This document shows positions 32,910 to 43,421 of a stretch of DNA of 64,000 nucleotides, piece after piece. The DNA lies in NCBI GenBank assembly GCA_963854585.1, contig CAWKZU010000005.1:13806-77805 (forward strand), in the 5' to 3' direction. Source of the DNA: Gammaproteobacteria bacterium (GTDB taxonomy: Bacteria; Pseudomonadota; Gammaproteobacteria; Pseudomonadales; Porticoccaceae). The notes under the pieces were generated by a model, which was not told the DNA's origin, searched no databases, and saw only the letters and a list, made by a program, of their open reading frames with translations. Positions within the stretch are counted from its first letter, which is position 1; every line of letters begins with the position of its first letter. A program made the translations under genes and the position numbers.

Positions 32910-33860
32910 TCACCAAGGCAAGGCGTCTAGGTCTAGGTTGCCGCCACTCAAAATAATGGCAACTCTCTTACCGTTAAACTGCTCTGGCTGATCCATAATG
33001 GCTGCCAAAGGAACGGCCGCAGAGGGCTCTACGACGATTTTTAATCTAGTCCAGATAAGTTTCATAGCTTCTACGATACGGGCTTCTGATGCCAGTAAGA
33101 TATCGTCCACATGTTGAGTGATAATTTCAAAATTGCGTACCCCCACCGTGCCACGCAATCCGTCGGCGATGGTGTTGGGGACAAATTCCGCCAATCTGGC
33201 ACCCGACCGGAATCCTAACCAAGCATCATTCGCAGCCTCTGGTTCAGCGCCAATCACCCGAGTTACGCCTGCATGGGGAGATTGCTTAACAACAATGGCC
33301 GAGCCTCCCAATAGTCCACCACCCCCTACTGGGGTCATTAATACGTCGGCGGGCTTGTCTAGTTGCGCCAGAGTTTCCAGCGTCGCTGTTCCCTGACCAG
33401 CAATAATTAGGTCATCGTCGTAAGGGTGCACTAAACGGGCTCCCTGCTGCTCTATTAAACGTGTCACCGTCCCTTCTCGCGCAGTCATCGTCGGTTCACA
33501 GTAGACCACGGTAGCGCCATAACTAAGCACTGCATCCTTTTTCGCTTGGGGAGCATTTTCTGGCATTACGACCGTGCAAGATGCCTTACGCATTGCCGCT
33601 GCCCAAGCTAAGGCTGCGCCATGGTTACCTGAAGAATGAGTTATAACCCCATTGGCGAGGACCTCTTGAGTCATAGAAAACAACGCGTTGCAGGCACCAC
33701 GAGCCTTAAAGGCGCCTACTTTTTGCATGTTGTCTGCTTTAAAAAATAGCTCGCAAGTGAACAGCTTGTTTAACTGTGTGCTCTGCAGTATTGGAGTACA
33801 GTGAATATAAGGCTGTATGCGCTGTTGTGCCTGCTTAATGTCGTCTAGGGTTACGGTCAT
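32910..33860 (-). CDS. PLP-dependent serine racemase / Ser-Thr dehydratase family enzyme
   Basis: AFKARG (PLP Lys), THSSGNHG, GQGT, PVGGGGL, TIADG, EPSAA, LSGGN. Confidence 0.9.
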   Translation of the reverse strand: MTVTLDDIKQAQQRIQPYIHCTPILQSTQLNKLFTCELFFKADNMQKVGAFKARGACNALFSMTQEVLANGVITHSSGNHGAALAWAAAMRKASCTVVMPENAPQAKKDAVLSYGATVVYCEPTMTAREGTVTRLIEQQGARLVHPYDDDLIIAGQGTATLETLAQLDKPADVLMTPVGGGGLLGGSAIVVKQSPHAGVTRVIGAEPEAANDAWLGFRSGARLAEFVPNTIADGLRGTVGVRNFEIITQHVDDILLASEARIVEAMKLIWTRLKIVVEPSAAVPLAAIMDQPEQFNGKRVAIILSGGNLDLDALPW

Positions 33861-33966
33861 AGAGCAATTACTTTAATGAAATTACGTTGGCTATAGCATA
33901 ACCTAAAATAGACTTTTGATGAGCGATTTAACCTCTGTTTTAGTTTAAACAGAAGGAAATCTGGTC

Positions 33967-34012
33967 AAGAGTTCCGATCAAGTAACCACCTGATTACTTG
34001 ATCGGGATTTTT
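33967..34012. terminator. Long stem-loop in the argG downstream intergenic region
   Basis: ccgatcaagtaa/ttacttgatcgg perfect 12-bp stem, extendable with G-U pairs on the plus strand; ends in ttttt. Confidence 0.55.
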
Positions 34013-34078
34013 AACAATTTAGACACTCATGGATTCGAAATCACATTTCCTCAGATAGATGTTCAGCTTTAGAAATAG

Positions 34079-35293
34079 TTATATTTTTCGTCCAGCATTC
34101 GCGGCAATACGCAAGCGCAGCGCATTAAGCTTAATAAAGCCTTCCGCGTCTGATTGGTTGTACGCTCCACCGTCATCGTCAAAGGTCGCTATATTGGCGT
34201 CAAACAAACTGTCGTTAGACTGTCTGCCCACCACACTCACATTACCCTTATAAAGCTTAATGCGTACTTCACCGTTAACCACATCCTGGCTTTGATCGAT
34301 CGCGGTCTGTAGCATCAGTCGCTCCGGAGCCCACCAATAACCGTTATAAATAAGCTTGGCGTAACGTGGCATTAACTCATCTTTAAGATGTGCCACTTCA
34401 CGATCCAGTGTCAGTGACTCGATGGCACGGTGAGCCTTCATCATCACCGTGCCGGCAGGCGTTTCATAACACCCACGAGACTTCATGCCCACATAGCGAT
34501 TCTCAACAATATCCAAACGACCAATACCATTAGCACCAGCAACAGCATTCAGGTGCTCAATGACAGTGGCTGGCGACATCAAGGTGCCGTCAATGGCAGC
34601 AATGTCGCCTTTTTCATAGGTAATCGTCATGTAAGTTGGCTTGTCGGGTGCTTGCTCAGGAGACACTGTCCAACGCCACATATCATCTTCGGCCTCAGAC
34701 CAAGGGTCCTCGAGATTACCGCCTTCATAAGAAATGTGCAGTAAATTGGCATCCATAGAAAAAGGTGACTTTTTACCACGCTTCATTTCCACTGGAATGT
34801 TGTGGGTTTCACAGTATTCCATAAGCTTGTCGCGGGAATTAAGATCCCATTCACGCCAAGGTGCAATCACGTTGATGCCGGGCTTCAATGCATAAGCGCC
34901 CAATTCGAAACGAACCTGATCATTACCTTTACCTGTGGCCCCGTGTGAAATAGCTTCGGCGCCGGTTTCATTGGCAATTTCGATCAATCTCTTGGCAATC
35001 AATGGGCGAGCAATAGAGGTGCCAAGCAGGTACTCGCCTTCATAGATAGCATTGGCTCTAAACATAGGGAATACGAAATCGCGCGCGTACTCTTCACGAA
35101 GATCATCGATATAAATTTCTTTAACCCCAAGAGCTTCAGCTTTTGCCCGAGCAGGCTCTACTTCTTCACCCTGACCAATGTCGGCGGTAAAGGTGACTAC
35201 TTCGCATTGGTACTCTTCTTGAAGCCACTTAACGATAACCGAGGTATCTAAACCTCCTGAATAAGCGAGAACAACTTTATTAACTGATGACAC
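34079..35293 (-). CDS. argG: Argininosuccinate synthase
   Basis: [31 protein letters not shown]. Confidence 0.99.
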   Translation of the reverse strand: MSSVNKVVLAYSGGLDTSVIVKWLQEEYQCEVVTFTADIGQGEEVEPARAKAEALGVKEIYIDDLREEYARDFVFPMFRANAIYEGEYLLGTSIARPLIAKRLIEIANETGAEAISHGATGKGNDQVRFELGAYALKPGINVIAPWREWDLNSRDKLMEYCETHNIPVEMKRGKKSPFSMDANLLHISYEGGNLEDPWSEAEDDMWRWTVSPEQAPDKPTYMTITYEKGDIAAIDGTLMSPATVIEHLNAVAGANGIGRLDIVENRYVGMKSRGCYETPAGTVMMKAHRAIESLTLDREVAHLKDELMPRYAKLIYNGYWWAPERLMLQTAIDQSQDVVNGEVRIKLYKGNVSVVGRQSNDSLFDANIATFDDDGGAYNQSDAEGFIKLNALRLRIAANAGRKI

Positions 35294-35362
35294 TGTATAA
35301 ACCCTTAACTTTTGAATTAGCCGCGAATTTTACCTGAACCGAGTGAGGGATTCACTGTTTGT

Positions 35363-36136
35363 CTAATTTAAAGCATACAGTCGAGTAATCGCTGTTCGTT
35401 CTTGAGGGTCAAAAAGCCTATAACCCTGGATGGAAAAATGGTTTAACTCGGCCGTCGTAGGAAAAGTAAAGTAACGGGGAGTTCCCTGCTGAGTAAAAGC
35501 CTCTAGCGCCTGCAAATCTGACAGAAACCTGACTGCATTTATGATCTGCCTAATACCACCACTATAGAGCGATAGAACATTAAATAAATAGGATGATTTC
35601 CTCTGTAAGGGAATGGTTTTCACCGAAATAATATCGCCTGTATCAATACCTGAGTCTTGAATAAAATGCAGGGTCGAACCTATATTGCTATCACCATTGA
35701 GCATAGCCCTTAAAGTTGCCATAACCCCACGATAGCTAGGTAACACGCCAGAATGTAAATTAATTACACCATACCGAGGGATATCAATAATATCCTGCCC
35801 TATAATCAAACCAAATCGCACCGAGATGATTAAATCTGGCCAGGTGGCTTTAATACGTTCGAGACCCGCACTACCATTAACCTTATTGTCGATATCAACA
35901 AAACCCTGCAATGAACCGCCCGTCTTTACGGCTAACTGCTCAAAGCTAGGTCTTCCGTCTTGTAATAGTTCTAGTTCATAGCTCTGCAAAGCCATCAATG
36001 GAGACGGCAAAAGATAATCTGATCCCACCTTTTCAGAGATAAAAATTGATATTTCATGGTCGGCAAGTTGCCGAACTAGATGGCTGAGCGCCAGATGACT
36101 GGGTAAATCTCTGTTTGTTAGCAAGGTAATACGCAT
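35363..36136 (-). CDS. Stand-alone formyltransferase (Formyl_trans_N domain)
   Basis: ISVRFG, INLHSGVLPSYRGVMA, TLH..DSGIDTGDI. ATG 36136 preferred over TTG 36151. Confidence 0.85.
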   Translation of the reverse strand: MRITLLTNRDLPSHLALSHLVRQLADHEISIFISEKVGSDYLLPSPLMALQSYELELLQDGRPSFEQLAVKTGGSLQGFVDIDNKVNGSAGLERIKATWPDLIISVRFGLIIGQDIIDIPRYGVINLHSGVLPSYRGVMATLRAMLNGDSNIGSTLHFIQDSGIDTGDIISVKTIPLQRKSSYLFNVLSLYSGGIRQIINAVRFLSDLQALEAFTQQGTPRYFTFPTTAELNHFSIQGYRLFDPQERTAITRLYALN

Positions 36137-36275
36137 AGCAACTCTCGACAATGGGACCTAAAATTCACCTCAAACTCATGTTATTTTGATTCAGTATGCC
36201 GTTCTTTGCCACAAAAACTATTATGCAGCCACGGTTTGCGGTAGCATTCACCCCATAACAGCGGAACCATCTTTC

Positions 36276-37310
36276 ATGGATCAAATTTCTATCATCCTAC
36301 CTGACGACTGGCATCTGCATCTGCGTGATAATCAGGCTCTTGGAACTACCGTACCTGCTGCTGCCCGAGGTTTTGGCCGCGGTATTATTATGCCCAACCT
36401 GACCCCACCAGTAACGCATGTTGCTGATGCTGTTGCCTACCGCGAACGGATTATGGCACAGCGGCCCGAGGGCTCGACCTGGCAACCTCTGATGGTGCTT
36501 TATCTCACTGACAATACTACTGTTGAGGAAATTCGTGCCGCTAAAGACAGCGGATTCATCCATGGCTGTAAATATTATCCTGCAGGCGCCACCACTAATT
36601 CTGCCTCGGGAGTGACCGACCTAGATAAAATGTCGCCTGTTTTTGAAGCTATGCAGGACGTCGGCATGGTGTTGCAATTACACGGTGAAGTGACATCTGC
36701 AGATGTTGATATTTTCGATCGAGAAGCGGTGTTTATCGATCGTTATCTTCGCGGTATGGTCCAACAATTTTCCGACCTTAAAATAGTATTGGAGCACATT
36801 ACTACCCAACAAGGGGCTGACTTCGTCCTCGAGGCTAACGATAATGTCGCTGCCTCAATCACACCTCAACACTTGTTATACAACCGCAATCATATGCTGG
36901 TTGGCGGGATTCGACCTCACCTATTTTGCTTGCCAATCTTAAAGCGAGATATTCATCAGCAAGCACTTGTTAACGCGGCTACCAGCGGTAATACCAAGTT
37001 TTTCTTGGGCACTGACTCTGCGCCCCATGCGCAAGGCGCAAAAGAAAGTGCCTGTGGTTGTGCCGGCTGTTTCAGTCACCATAGCGCTATCGAGCTATAT
37101 GCTGAAGTATTTGACAAAGCCGGCGCCATGGATAAGTTAGAAGCTTTTGCTAGCACCAATGGACCAGATTTTTATGGCCTGCCCCACAATTCATCATCGA
37201 TTGTGCTGAAGAAACAGCAATGGCAGTTACCTGATAGCCTCCCGTTTGAAGACACCCAGATAATCCCCCTAGGTGCAGGCACCACATTAAACTGGAAGAT
37301 GGTGGAATAA
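36276..37310 (+). CDS. pyrC: Dihydroorotase (homodimeric type)
   Basis: [34 protein letters not shown]. Start moved to ATG 36276. Confidence 0.98.
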   Translation: MDQISIILPDDWHLHLRDNQALGTTVPAAARGFGRGIIMPNLTPPVTHVADAVAYRERIMAQRPEGSTWQPLMVLYLTDNTTVEEIRAAKDSGFIHGCKYYPAGATTNSASGVTDLDKMSPVFEAMQDVGMVLQLHGEVTSADVDIFDREAVFIDRYLRGMVQQFSDLKIVLEHITTQQGADFVLEANDNVAASITPQHLLYNRNHMLVGGIRPHLFCLPILKRDIHQQALVNAATSGNTKFFLGTDSAPHAQGAKESACGCAGCFSHHSAIELYAEVFDKAGAMDKLEAFASTNGPDFYGLPHNSSSIVLKKQQWQLPDSLPFEDTQIIPLGAGTTLNWKMVE

Positions 37311-37951
37311 TGGATATTCTCGATGAAAGTACCGATGCATTGATGGCCAAACGCTTTCGGGGATTTTTACCCGTGGTGGTTGATGTTGAAACTGGTGGCT
37401 TTGATTCGCACAGTAATGCTCTGCTTGAGGTTGCTGCGGTGTTGTTGGAGATGGATAGCCAAGGAAATCTGCAAATTAAAGAAAGCTACAGCAAAAATAT
37501 CGAACCCTTTCCTGGTGCAATCGTTGAAGATTCTGCATTAGAATTTACCGGTATTGATCTTTATGACCCAGAGAGGGATCCCGAGGAAGAAGGCGAAGCC
37601 CTGCGTGAAATTTTTCAACCGATTCGCCGTGAAGTCTCTATTACTGGATGCACTCGCGCAGTCATGGTAGCTCACAACGCTCACTTTGATCTTGGTTTTA
37701 TTAATGCCGCAGTGGACCGTTGTCGCATCAAACGTAACCCCTTTCATCCATTTTCTTGCTTTGATACCTCGGGTCTAGCGGGGCTTGCCTATGGCCAAAC
37801 TGTGCTCGCTAAAGCCTGCCAGGCCGCGGGAATCGACTTTAATAATCGTGATGCTCACAGCGCTCTATATGACACGGTGAAAACAGCAGAGCTCTTCTGC
37901 AGTATCGTTAATCGATGGAAAGAATTAGGTGGATGGCCACCAAATAACTGA
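37310..37951 (+). CDS. rnt: Ribonuclease T
   Basis: RFRGFLPVVVDVETGG, AHNAHFD, AHSALYD (DEDDh). Confidence 0.98.
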   Translation: MDILDESTDALMAKRFRGFLPVVVDVETGGFDSHSNALLEVAAVLLEMDSQGNLQIKESYSKNIEPFPGAIVEDSALEFTGIDLYDPERDPEEEGEALREIFQPIRREVSITGCTRAVMVAHNAHFDLGFINAAVDRCRIKRNPFHPFSCFDTSGLAGLAYGQTVLAKACQAAGIDFNNRDAHSALYDTVKTAELFCSIVNRWKELGGWPPNN

Positions 37952-37986
37952 CTGCGATTGAGACTTCACTTATTAACCTAATAACC

Positions 37987-38014
37987 AAAAAAAGACCACC
38001 AATGGCGGCCTTTT
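37987..38014 (-). terminator. Intrinsic terminator downstream of the alanine/glycine symporter gene
   Basis: Minus strand aaaggccgcc-att-ggtggtcttt (two G-U pairs) followed by a T-run. Confidence 0.75.
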
Positions 38015-38030
38015 AGATAAATAGAACCTA

Positions 38031-39470
38031 TTATTCAGCTTTGTTTTTAACCCAAAAGTCAGCATTTTCAATGCCCACTGCCTCGGCATCAAACACCGGA
38101 TCAAGACCCTCTTTAAGTTGCGCCTCGTAGTCTTTTAACGCCAATAATGCAGGGCGCTGAAGAATTAAAATGGCCACAATATTCAACCACGCCATGGCCC
38201 CTACGCCAACATCGCCCAGTGCCCATGCAAGATCAGCAGACTTAATACCACCGTACATAACTGAGGTGAGTACTAGCCATTTTAGAAAAATCATCAACCA
38301 AGGACGATGAGCCGCACGGTTAATATAGGTGACGTTAGTCTCGGCAATGTAGTAGTAGGCCAAAATCGTAGTGAAGGCAAAGAAGAATAACGAAATTGCC
38401 AACAGACTGGCACCCAAGCCTGGCAATATGGTTTCAAAAGCACTTTGCACGTAAATCGGGCCCGCTTCCACACCGGCTAAACCTGTATACAGCATGGTGC
38501 CATCAGGCCCTTGAACATTGTAAAGACCGGTGAGCAAAATCATAAACGCAGTAGCGGTACACACGAATAGGGTATCGATGTACACGGAGAAGGCTTGCAC
38601 TAAACCCTGCTTAGCCGGGTGCGAAACCTCTGCAGCCGCTGCGGCATGGGGTGCTGTACCCTGCCCTGCTTCATTGGAGTATATACCGCGCTTAACACCC
38701 CACTGAATAGCCATACCAATAATCGCACCGTAACCAGCATCAAAGCCAAAGGCGCTGTCGATGATCAAGCTAAACATCGCTGGGATTTTTTCATAGTTGG
38801 CTGCCATCACCATCAATGAAATCAGGATATAGCCCAGCGCCATAACAGGCACCACAACTTGCGTAAAGCGGGCGATACGCCGGACACCACCAAAGACAAT
38901 TGCAGCAACACCGGCGGCAATAACAGAGGAAGCTACCACTGGCGAAACGCCCCAGGCATTTTCAACGGCAGCGACAATACTATTGGCCTGAATTCCCGGA
39001 AGGCAGAAACCAACGGCAATAATGGTGCACACAGCAAACAACCAGGCGTACCATTTTTGTCCCATGGCCTTTTCGATAAAGTAGGCTGGGCCGCCCCGAT
39101 ACATACCTTTCTCATCTTTTTCTTTGTAGATTTGAGCTAGAGTGGCTTCGACATAGGCGGTTGCAGCACCCAAAAAGGCTACCAACCACATCCAGAACAC
39201 CGCTCCGGGTCCGCCCATGGCAATCGCGGTAGCAACACCAGCAATATTACCTGTACCAACACGCCCAGACAGAGAGATCGCCAGGGCTTGGAACGAGGAC
39301 ACCCCAGAGTCAGAACTTTTACCCTGAAACATCAGCTTTATCATATGACGGAAGTGTCGAACTTGAAGAAATCGCGTGCGAACTGAAAAATACAAACCGG
39401 TGCCCAGACACAGATAGATCAGTGCCGAACTCCAAATAATACCGTTTAAATAATTTACAAATGCTTCCAA
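38031..39470 (-). CDS. Alanine/glycine:cation symporter (AGCS family)
   Basis: SGRVGTGNIAGVA, GGPGAVFWMW, GGPAY, RGIYSNEAGQG, DTLFVCTATA; TTG start with GGAGA RBS. Confidence 0.95.
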   Translation of the reverse strand: MEAFVNYLNGIIWSSALIYLCLGTGLYFSVRTRFLQVRHFRHMIKLMFQGKSSDSGVSSFQALAISLSGRVGTGNIAGVATAIAMGGPGAVFWMWLVAFLGAATAYVEATLAQIYKEKDEKGMYRGGPAYFIEKAMGQKWYAWLFAVCTIIAVGFCLPGIQANSIVAAVENAWGVSPVVASSVIAAGVAAIVFGGVRRIARFTQVVVPVMALGYILISLMVMAANYEKIPAMFSLIIDSAFGFDAGYGAIIGMAIQWGVKRGIYSNEAGQGTAPHAAAAAEVSHPAKQGLVQAFSVYIDTLFVCTATAFMILLTGLYNVQGPDGTMLYTGLAGVEAGPIYVQSAFETILPGLGASLLAISLFFFAFTTILAYYYIAETNVTYINRAAHRPWLMIFLKWLVLTSVMYGGIKSADLAWALGDVGVGAMAWLNIVAILILQRPALLALKDYEAQLKEGLDPVFDAEAVGIENADFWVKNKAE

Positions 39471-39560
39471 GATCTTTCTCCGTTTTAATTATTAGTTACC
39501 TTGGCCATGGTACAGTCCAGTTGGCAATGAGCAAATATTAAATTTGTGTGATCGCTCAAT

Positions 39561-40040
39561 TTAGAGAGACTTAATCTCGAGTCGAAGAGGAATATCAATT
39601 TCTGCCTGGGTATGCTCTTGCATTATCCGTTGTAAATTATCGAAAAATGAACCTGTCATCTCAGCAGTTTTCCTTGTACTCATATCTATATGCCCTAACA
39701 CTGTCTCATAGATGGCACATAACTGATTACGCTCATTGAGCATAACAGCTGTCAGATGAATAAGCTTTTTGTTCACACGATGCAGTCTATAGCGAGAAAC
39801 GATAATGTCACCCAGTAAACATTCGTTAACATATTTAATGTTATCTTCAAGGGTGAACGAAGAAAATCCAGAATCAAAGTATTCTTGTGAGAATCCGAGT
39901 TTTTTAGCATAAAAATCTTCAATAGACTCACCAAATATTTGTGAATAATACAAAACATTCATGTGCCCATTTTGATCACACATATCCTGAGTTATTGAGA
40001 TAGGGTTTGAGCTGAAGGGAAAAGTGCGTAGCGTAGTCAT
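39561..40040 (-). CDS. Hotdog-fold thioesterase family protein
   Basis: CDQNGHMNVLYY (DxxGHxN motif), FTLEDNIKY, HIDMSTRK. Confidence 0.82.
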   Translation of the reverse strand: MTTLRTFPFSSNPISITQDMCDQNGHMNVLYYSQIFGESIEDFYAKKLGFSQEYFDSGFSSFTLEDNIKYVNECLLGDIIVSRYRLHRVNKKLIHLTAVMLNERNQLCAIYETVLGHIDMSTRKTAEMTGSFFDNLQRIMQEHTQAEIDIPLRLEIKSL

Positions 40041-40286
40041 AAATAGTCAAAACCCATTAATTTACATAATAAAATAAAAATACTGTTCGAAGAAAAGTCA
40101 CCCTCGACCAAGTTTGATGAAAGCCTGGTAGCTCAGCCATGCGTATTCTTTTCCTAAATAGTCACGATTACAAGCCTGTCTGCGATCGCGTTGGCTATTT
40201 TAAGACCATCAACGTTAAAATGCCGACCACAAATTCCAGTTCGCAACGATAACCCGCGTGCTCCTCCGCCACAATAGGATAAATTC

Positions 40287-42557
40287 ATGACCGACTCCTT
40301 TAAAGAAAGTGCGCTTAAATATCACATGCACCCATTACCTGGAAAATTGGAAATCCGACCCACCAAACCTTTGGCCAATAAGCGAGACTTGTCACTAGCT
40401 TACTCTCCGGGAGTAGCTTATGCGTGTGAGTTAATCCAAGAAAATTCCACTTCGGTGGCCTCGGTTACCGCAAGAGGAAATTTGGTGGGTGTTATTACCA
40501 ATGGCACGGCCGTATTAGGACTAGGTAATATTGGTCCGCTGGCATCCAAGCCGGTCATGGAGGGCAAGGCCGTATTGTTTAAAAAATTCGCTAATATTGA
40601 TGTTTTTGATATCGAGATAAACGAAACAGATGTCGATAAGTTGGTCGATATCATTGCCGCTTTAGAGCCCACCTTTGGTGGTATTAATTTGGAAGATATT
40701 AAAGCACCCGAATGCTTTATGGTTGAAGAGAAACTTCGACAAAGAATGAAGATTCCCGTTTTTCATGATGACCAACATGGCACCGCTATTGTTGCCGCAG
40801 CTGCCATTTACAATGGATTAAAAATTGTCGAAAAGAAATTCGAAGACGTAAAACTAGTTGTCTCAGGTGCTGGAGCTGCCAGTATTGCTTGCGTTGATCT
40901 TCTAGTAAGTATGGGATTGCAAAAGAAAAACGTCCGAATGATTGATCGTACTGGCGTTATATATGCAGGTCGTAAAGAGGGCATGAACCCATGGAAAGAA
41001 GGTTATGCCATTGAGACCACTGATCGCAGCATAGAAGACGCCATTGATGGTGCTGACCTGTTTATGGGCCTCTCTGGGCCGGGCGTATTAAACGGTGATC
41101 TTCTGAAGAAAATGGGCAAAAAGCCCATCATTTTAGCCATGTCTAATCCCATTCCCGAAATCATGCCTGAAGATGCCATCGCCGCCCGCCCCGATGCTAT
41201 TTTAGCAACCGGTCGGTCTGACTATCCTAACCAGGTAAATAACGTACTGTGTTTTCCATTTATCTTCCGTGGAGCATTAGACTGCGGCGCCTCCACGATT
41301 AACGAAGAAATGAAGATGGCTGCGGTAAAAGCCATAGCTGATCTTGCGACGAAAGAAACATCCGATGTAGTGGCTGCTGCCTACGCTGATGAAAAACTTA
41401 AGTTTGGCCCTGAATATTTGATTCCAAAACCCTTCGACCCGCGTTTGATCGAAGAAGTACCTTTGGCTGTAGTTAAGGCCGCAATGGCTAGTGGCGTAGC
41501 AACAAGGCCAATAGAGGACCTTGAGGCTTACCGCCAAACGTTGCACGAGTTTATCAACCAAGCCGGTTTGTTCATGCAGCCCATTATTGAAGTGGCGAAA
41601 AAATCACCCGCTACAATTGTCTATGCGGAAGGCGAAAATGACGATGTACTGCTGGCAGTGCAGGCCGTTATTGACGAAAAAATCGCGCGACCCGTTTTAA
41701 TCGGCGCGCGCCATAAAATCGAGATTAAAGTTGACCGCCTAGGCTTGCGTATCGACCTTGATAACGAGGTTGATATAGTCAACCCAGATGATCACGAGAA
41801 ATATGAAGAATACACCTCACTCTATCACCAGATGGTCGGCCGCCAAGGAGTTTCTGTGGCGGCTGCGCGCAAGATTATGCGCGATGACAATACGGCTATT
41901 GCTGCAGTCATGGTCGCCAACAACGATGCTGATGGCCTAATTTGTGGCAAAGTTGGTAGATTTGACTTTCATCTTAGAGAAATCATGCATTTGCTGGGCC
42001 CGGCGGATAAGGACCAGTTAGTCTCGTCTGCGGCCGTCTTGTTAATGCCTGATGGGCCGTTATTTTTAGCTGATACGACTATGAATATGGATCCTACCGC
42101 AGAGGAATTGGTTAAAATAACGGAAGCAAGTATCGATCTTGTAGCTCGTTTCGGGATTGAACCTAAGGTGGCGTTATTGTCACATTCAAACTTTGGCACC
42201 TCCAACACTGCCTCCGCGAAAAAAGTTCGTGAGGCATCAGAATTACTACGCAACAAACACCCAGATTTACAACTGGATGGCGAGATGCATGTATTAAGTG
42301 CTCTGAATCCGATGCTTCGGGATACTGTTTACGCCCAAGCCAACCTGCAAGGTCGTGCCAATGTGCTAGTAATGCCTAACTTAGACTCGGCTAATATTGC
42401 GATGGGTCTCATCCGATCATTAACAGACGCATTATTGATCGGGCCTTTCATTACTGGATTTAGTAAACCGGCGCATATCGTCATTCCGTCAGTATCTTCT
42501 CGGGGAATTTTCAATATGACGGCGTTAACTGTCGCCGACATACACGCCGGACGCTAA
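40287..42557 (+). CDS. maeB: NADP-dependent malic enzyme with C-terminal PTA-like domain
   Basis: [47 protein letters not shown]. Confidence 0.97.
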   Translation: MTDSFKESALKYHMHPLPGKLEIRPTKPLANKRDLSLAYSPGVAYACELIQENSTSVASVTARGNLVGVITNGTAVLGLGNIGPLASKPVMEGKAVLFKKFANIDVFDIEINETDVDKLVDIIAALEPTFGGINLEDIKAPECFMVEEKLRQRMKIPVFHDDQHGTAIVAAAAIYNGLKIVEKKFEDVKLVVSGAGAASIACVDLLVSMGLQKKNVRMIDRTGVIYAGRKEGMNPWKEGYAIETTDRSIEDAIDGADLFMGLSGPGVLNGDLLKKMGKKPIILAMSNPIPEIMPEDAIAARPDAILATGRSDYPNQVNNVLCFPFIFRGALDCGASTINEEMKMAAVKAIADLATKETSDVVAAAYADEKLKFGPEYLIPKPFDPRLIEEVPLAVVKAAMASGVATRPIEDLEAYRQTLHEFINQAGLFMQPIIEVAKKSPATIVYAEGENDDVLLAVQAVIDEKIARPVLIGARHKIEIKVDRLGLRIDLDNEVDIVNPDDHEKYEEYTSLYHQMVGRQGVSVAAARKIMRDDNTAIAAVMVANNDADGLICGKVGRFDFHLREIMHLLGPADKDQLVSSAAVLLMPDGPLFLADTTMNMDPTAEELVKITEASIDLVARFGIEPKVALLSHSNFGTSNTASAKKVREASELLRNKHPDLQLDGEMHVLSALNPMLRDTVYAQANLQGRANVLVMPNLDSANIAMGLIRSLTDALLIGPFITGFSKPAHIVIPSVSSRGIFNMTALTVADIHAGR

Positions 42558-42572
42558 GGCAACCTTAGCTTG

Positions 42573-43421
42573 TTATTTGTTTTGCAGGGATAGCGCCAAC
42601 TGATAAAGCTGTTTCTTGTCGCCGCCAGTGATTTTGGCGGCGATGGAGGCCGCTTTAGTCAATGGCAATTCTTTGATCAAAAGTCCTAATAACTTCTCTG
42701 AATCCGCAGGCATGATCTCGCCCATTTTCTCTTGACCAGCAACAACCAACACAATCTCCCCTCGTTGCTGATTACTGTCCTCTGTCACATGCTCTAATAG
42801 ATCACTAAGATTACCATGCAAGTAAGTTTCGAACTTTTTAGTAATTTCACGCGCTATAAAGGCTAAACGCTGAGGGCCAAAAATGTCGCTAAAATCTGCG
42901 ATAGTATTGGCTATACGATGCGGTGCTTCGTAACAAACGATAGTGTCTGTCACTGCTTTTAATGCTTCAATAGCCGTCCTCCGCTGAGTTGACTTTGAGG
43001 GTAGAAAACCAATAAATCGAAATTTATCAGTCGGTAGCCCCGAGACACTCAAAGCGGCTATGACCGCGCTAGCACCGGGAATGGGCACAACGGAGAAGCC
43101 TTTTAAGCGTGCCTCATGCACTAATCTATACCCCGGATCAGATATCAACGGTGTACCCGCATCGGAAATTAGGGCAATATCGTCGCCAGCGCTAAGTCTT
43201 TTTAGTATGTTATCGGTGCTGCGTTTATCGCTGTGATCGTGATAAGCAACACAGGTCGTTGTGATCCTAAAATGATCGAGCAACTTTTTGCTGTGACGTG
43301 TATCTTCACAAGCAATTAGACTAACAGACTGGAGAGTGGTGACCGCGCGAGGTACCATATCCCCTAGATTGCCAATAGGCGTGGCAACAACATACAACGT
43401 ACCGGATTGATTTGAATTCAT
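42573..43421 (-). CDS. rsmI: 16S rRNA C1402 2'-O-methyltransferase RsmI
   Basis: GTLYVVATPIGNLGD, CEDTR, SDAGTPLISDPG, REITKKFE. Start moved to ATG 43421. Confidence 0.96.
   Translation of the reverse strand: MNSNQSGTLYVVATPIGNLGDMVPRAVTTLQSVSLIACEDTRHSKKLLDHFRITTTCVAYHDHSDKRSTDNILKRLSAGDDIALISDAGTPLISDPGYRLVHEARLKGFSVVPIPGASAVIAALSVSGLPTDKFRFIGFLPSKSTQRRTAIEALKAVTDTIVCYEAPHRIANTIADFSDIFGPQRLAFIAREITKKFETYLHGNLSDLLEHVTEDSNQQRGEIVLVVAGQEKMGEIMPADSEKLLGLLIKELPLTKAASIAAKITGGDKKQLYQLALSLQNK

Noticed and set aside
34031-34042. TTCGAATCC (tRNA T-loop-like) on the minus strand
   Set aside because: Flanking bases do not form a T-stem and there is no cloverleaf.
39471-39560. Glycine riboswitch upstream of the AGCS symporter
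   Set aside because: The spacer is only 90 bp and lacks the aptamer motifs.
40122-40134. AGCCTGGTAGCTC, identical to a tRNA-fMet D-loop stretch
   Set aside because: No acceptor stem, anticodon arm or T-arm at the proper spacing; a 13-nt match is compatible with chance.
42558-42572. Expected RNase P RNA (rnpB) downstream of rsmI
   Set aside because: Only 15 bp separate the rsmI and maeB stops, leaving no room.
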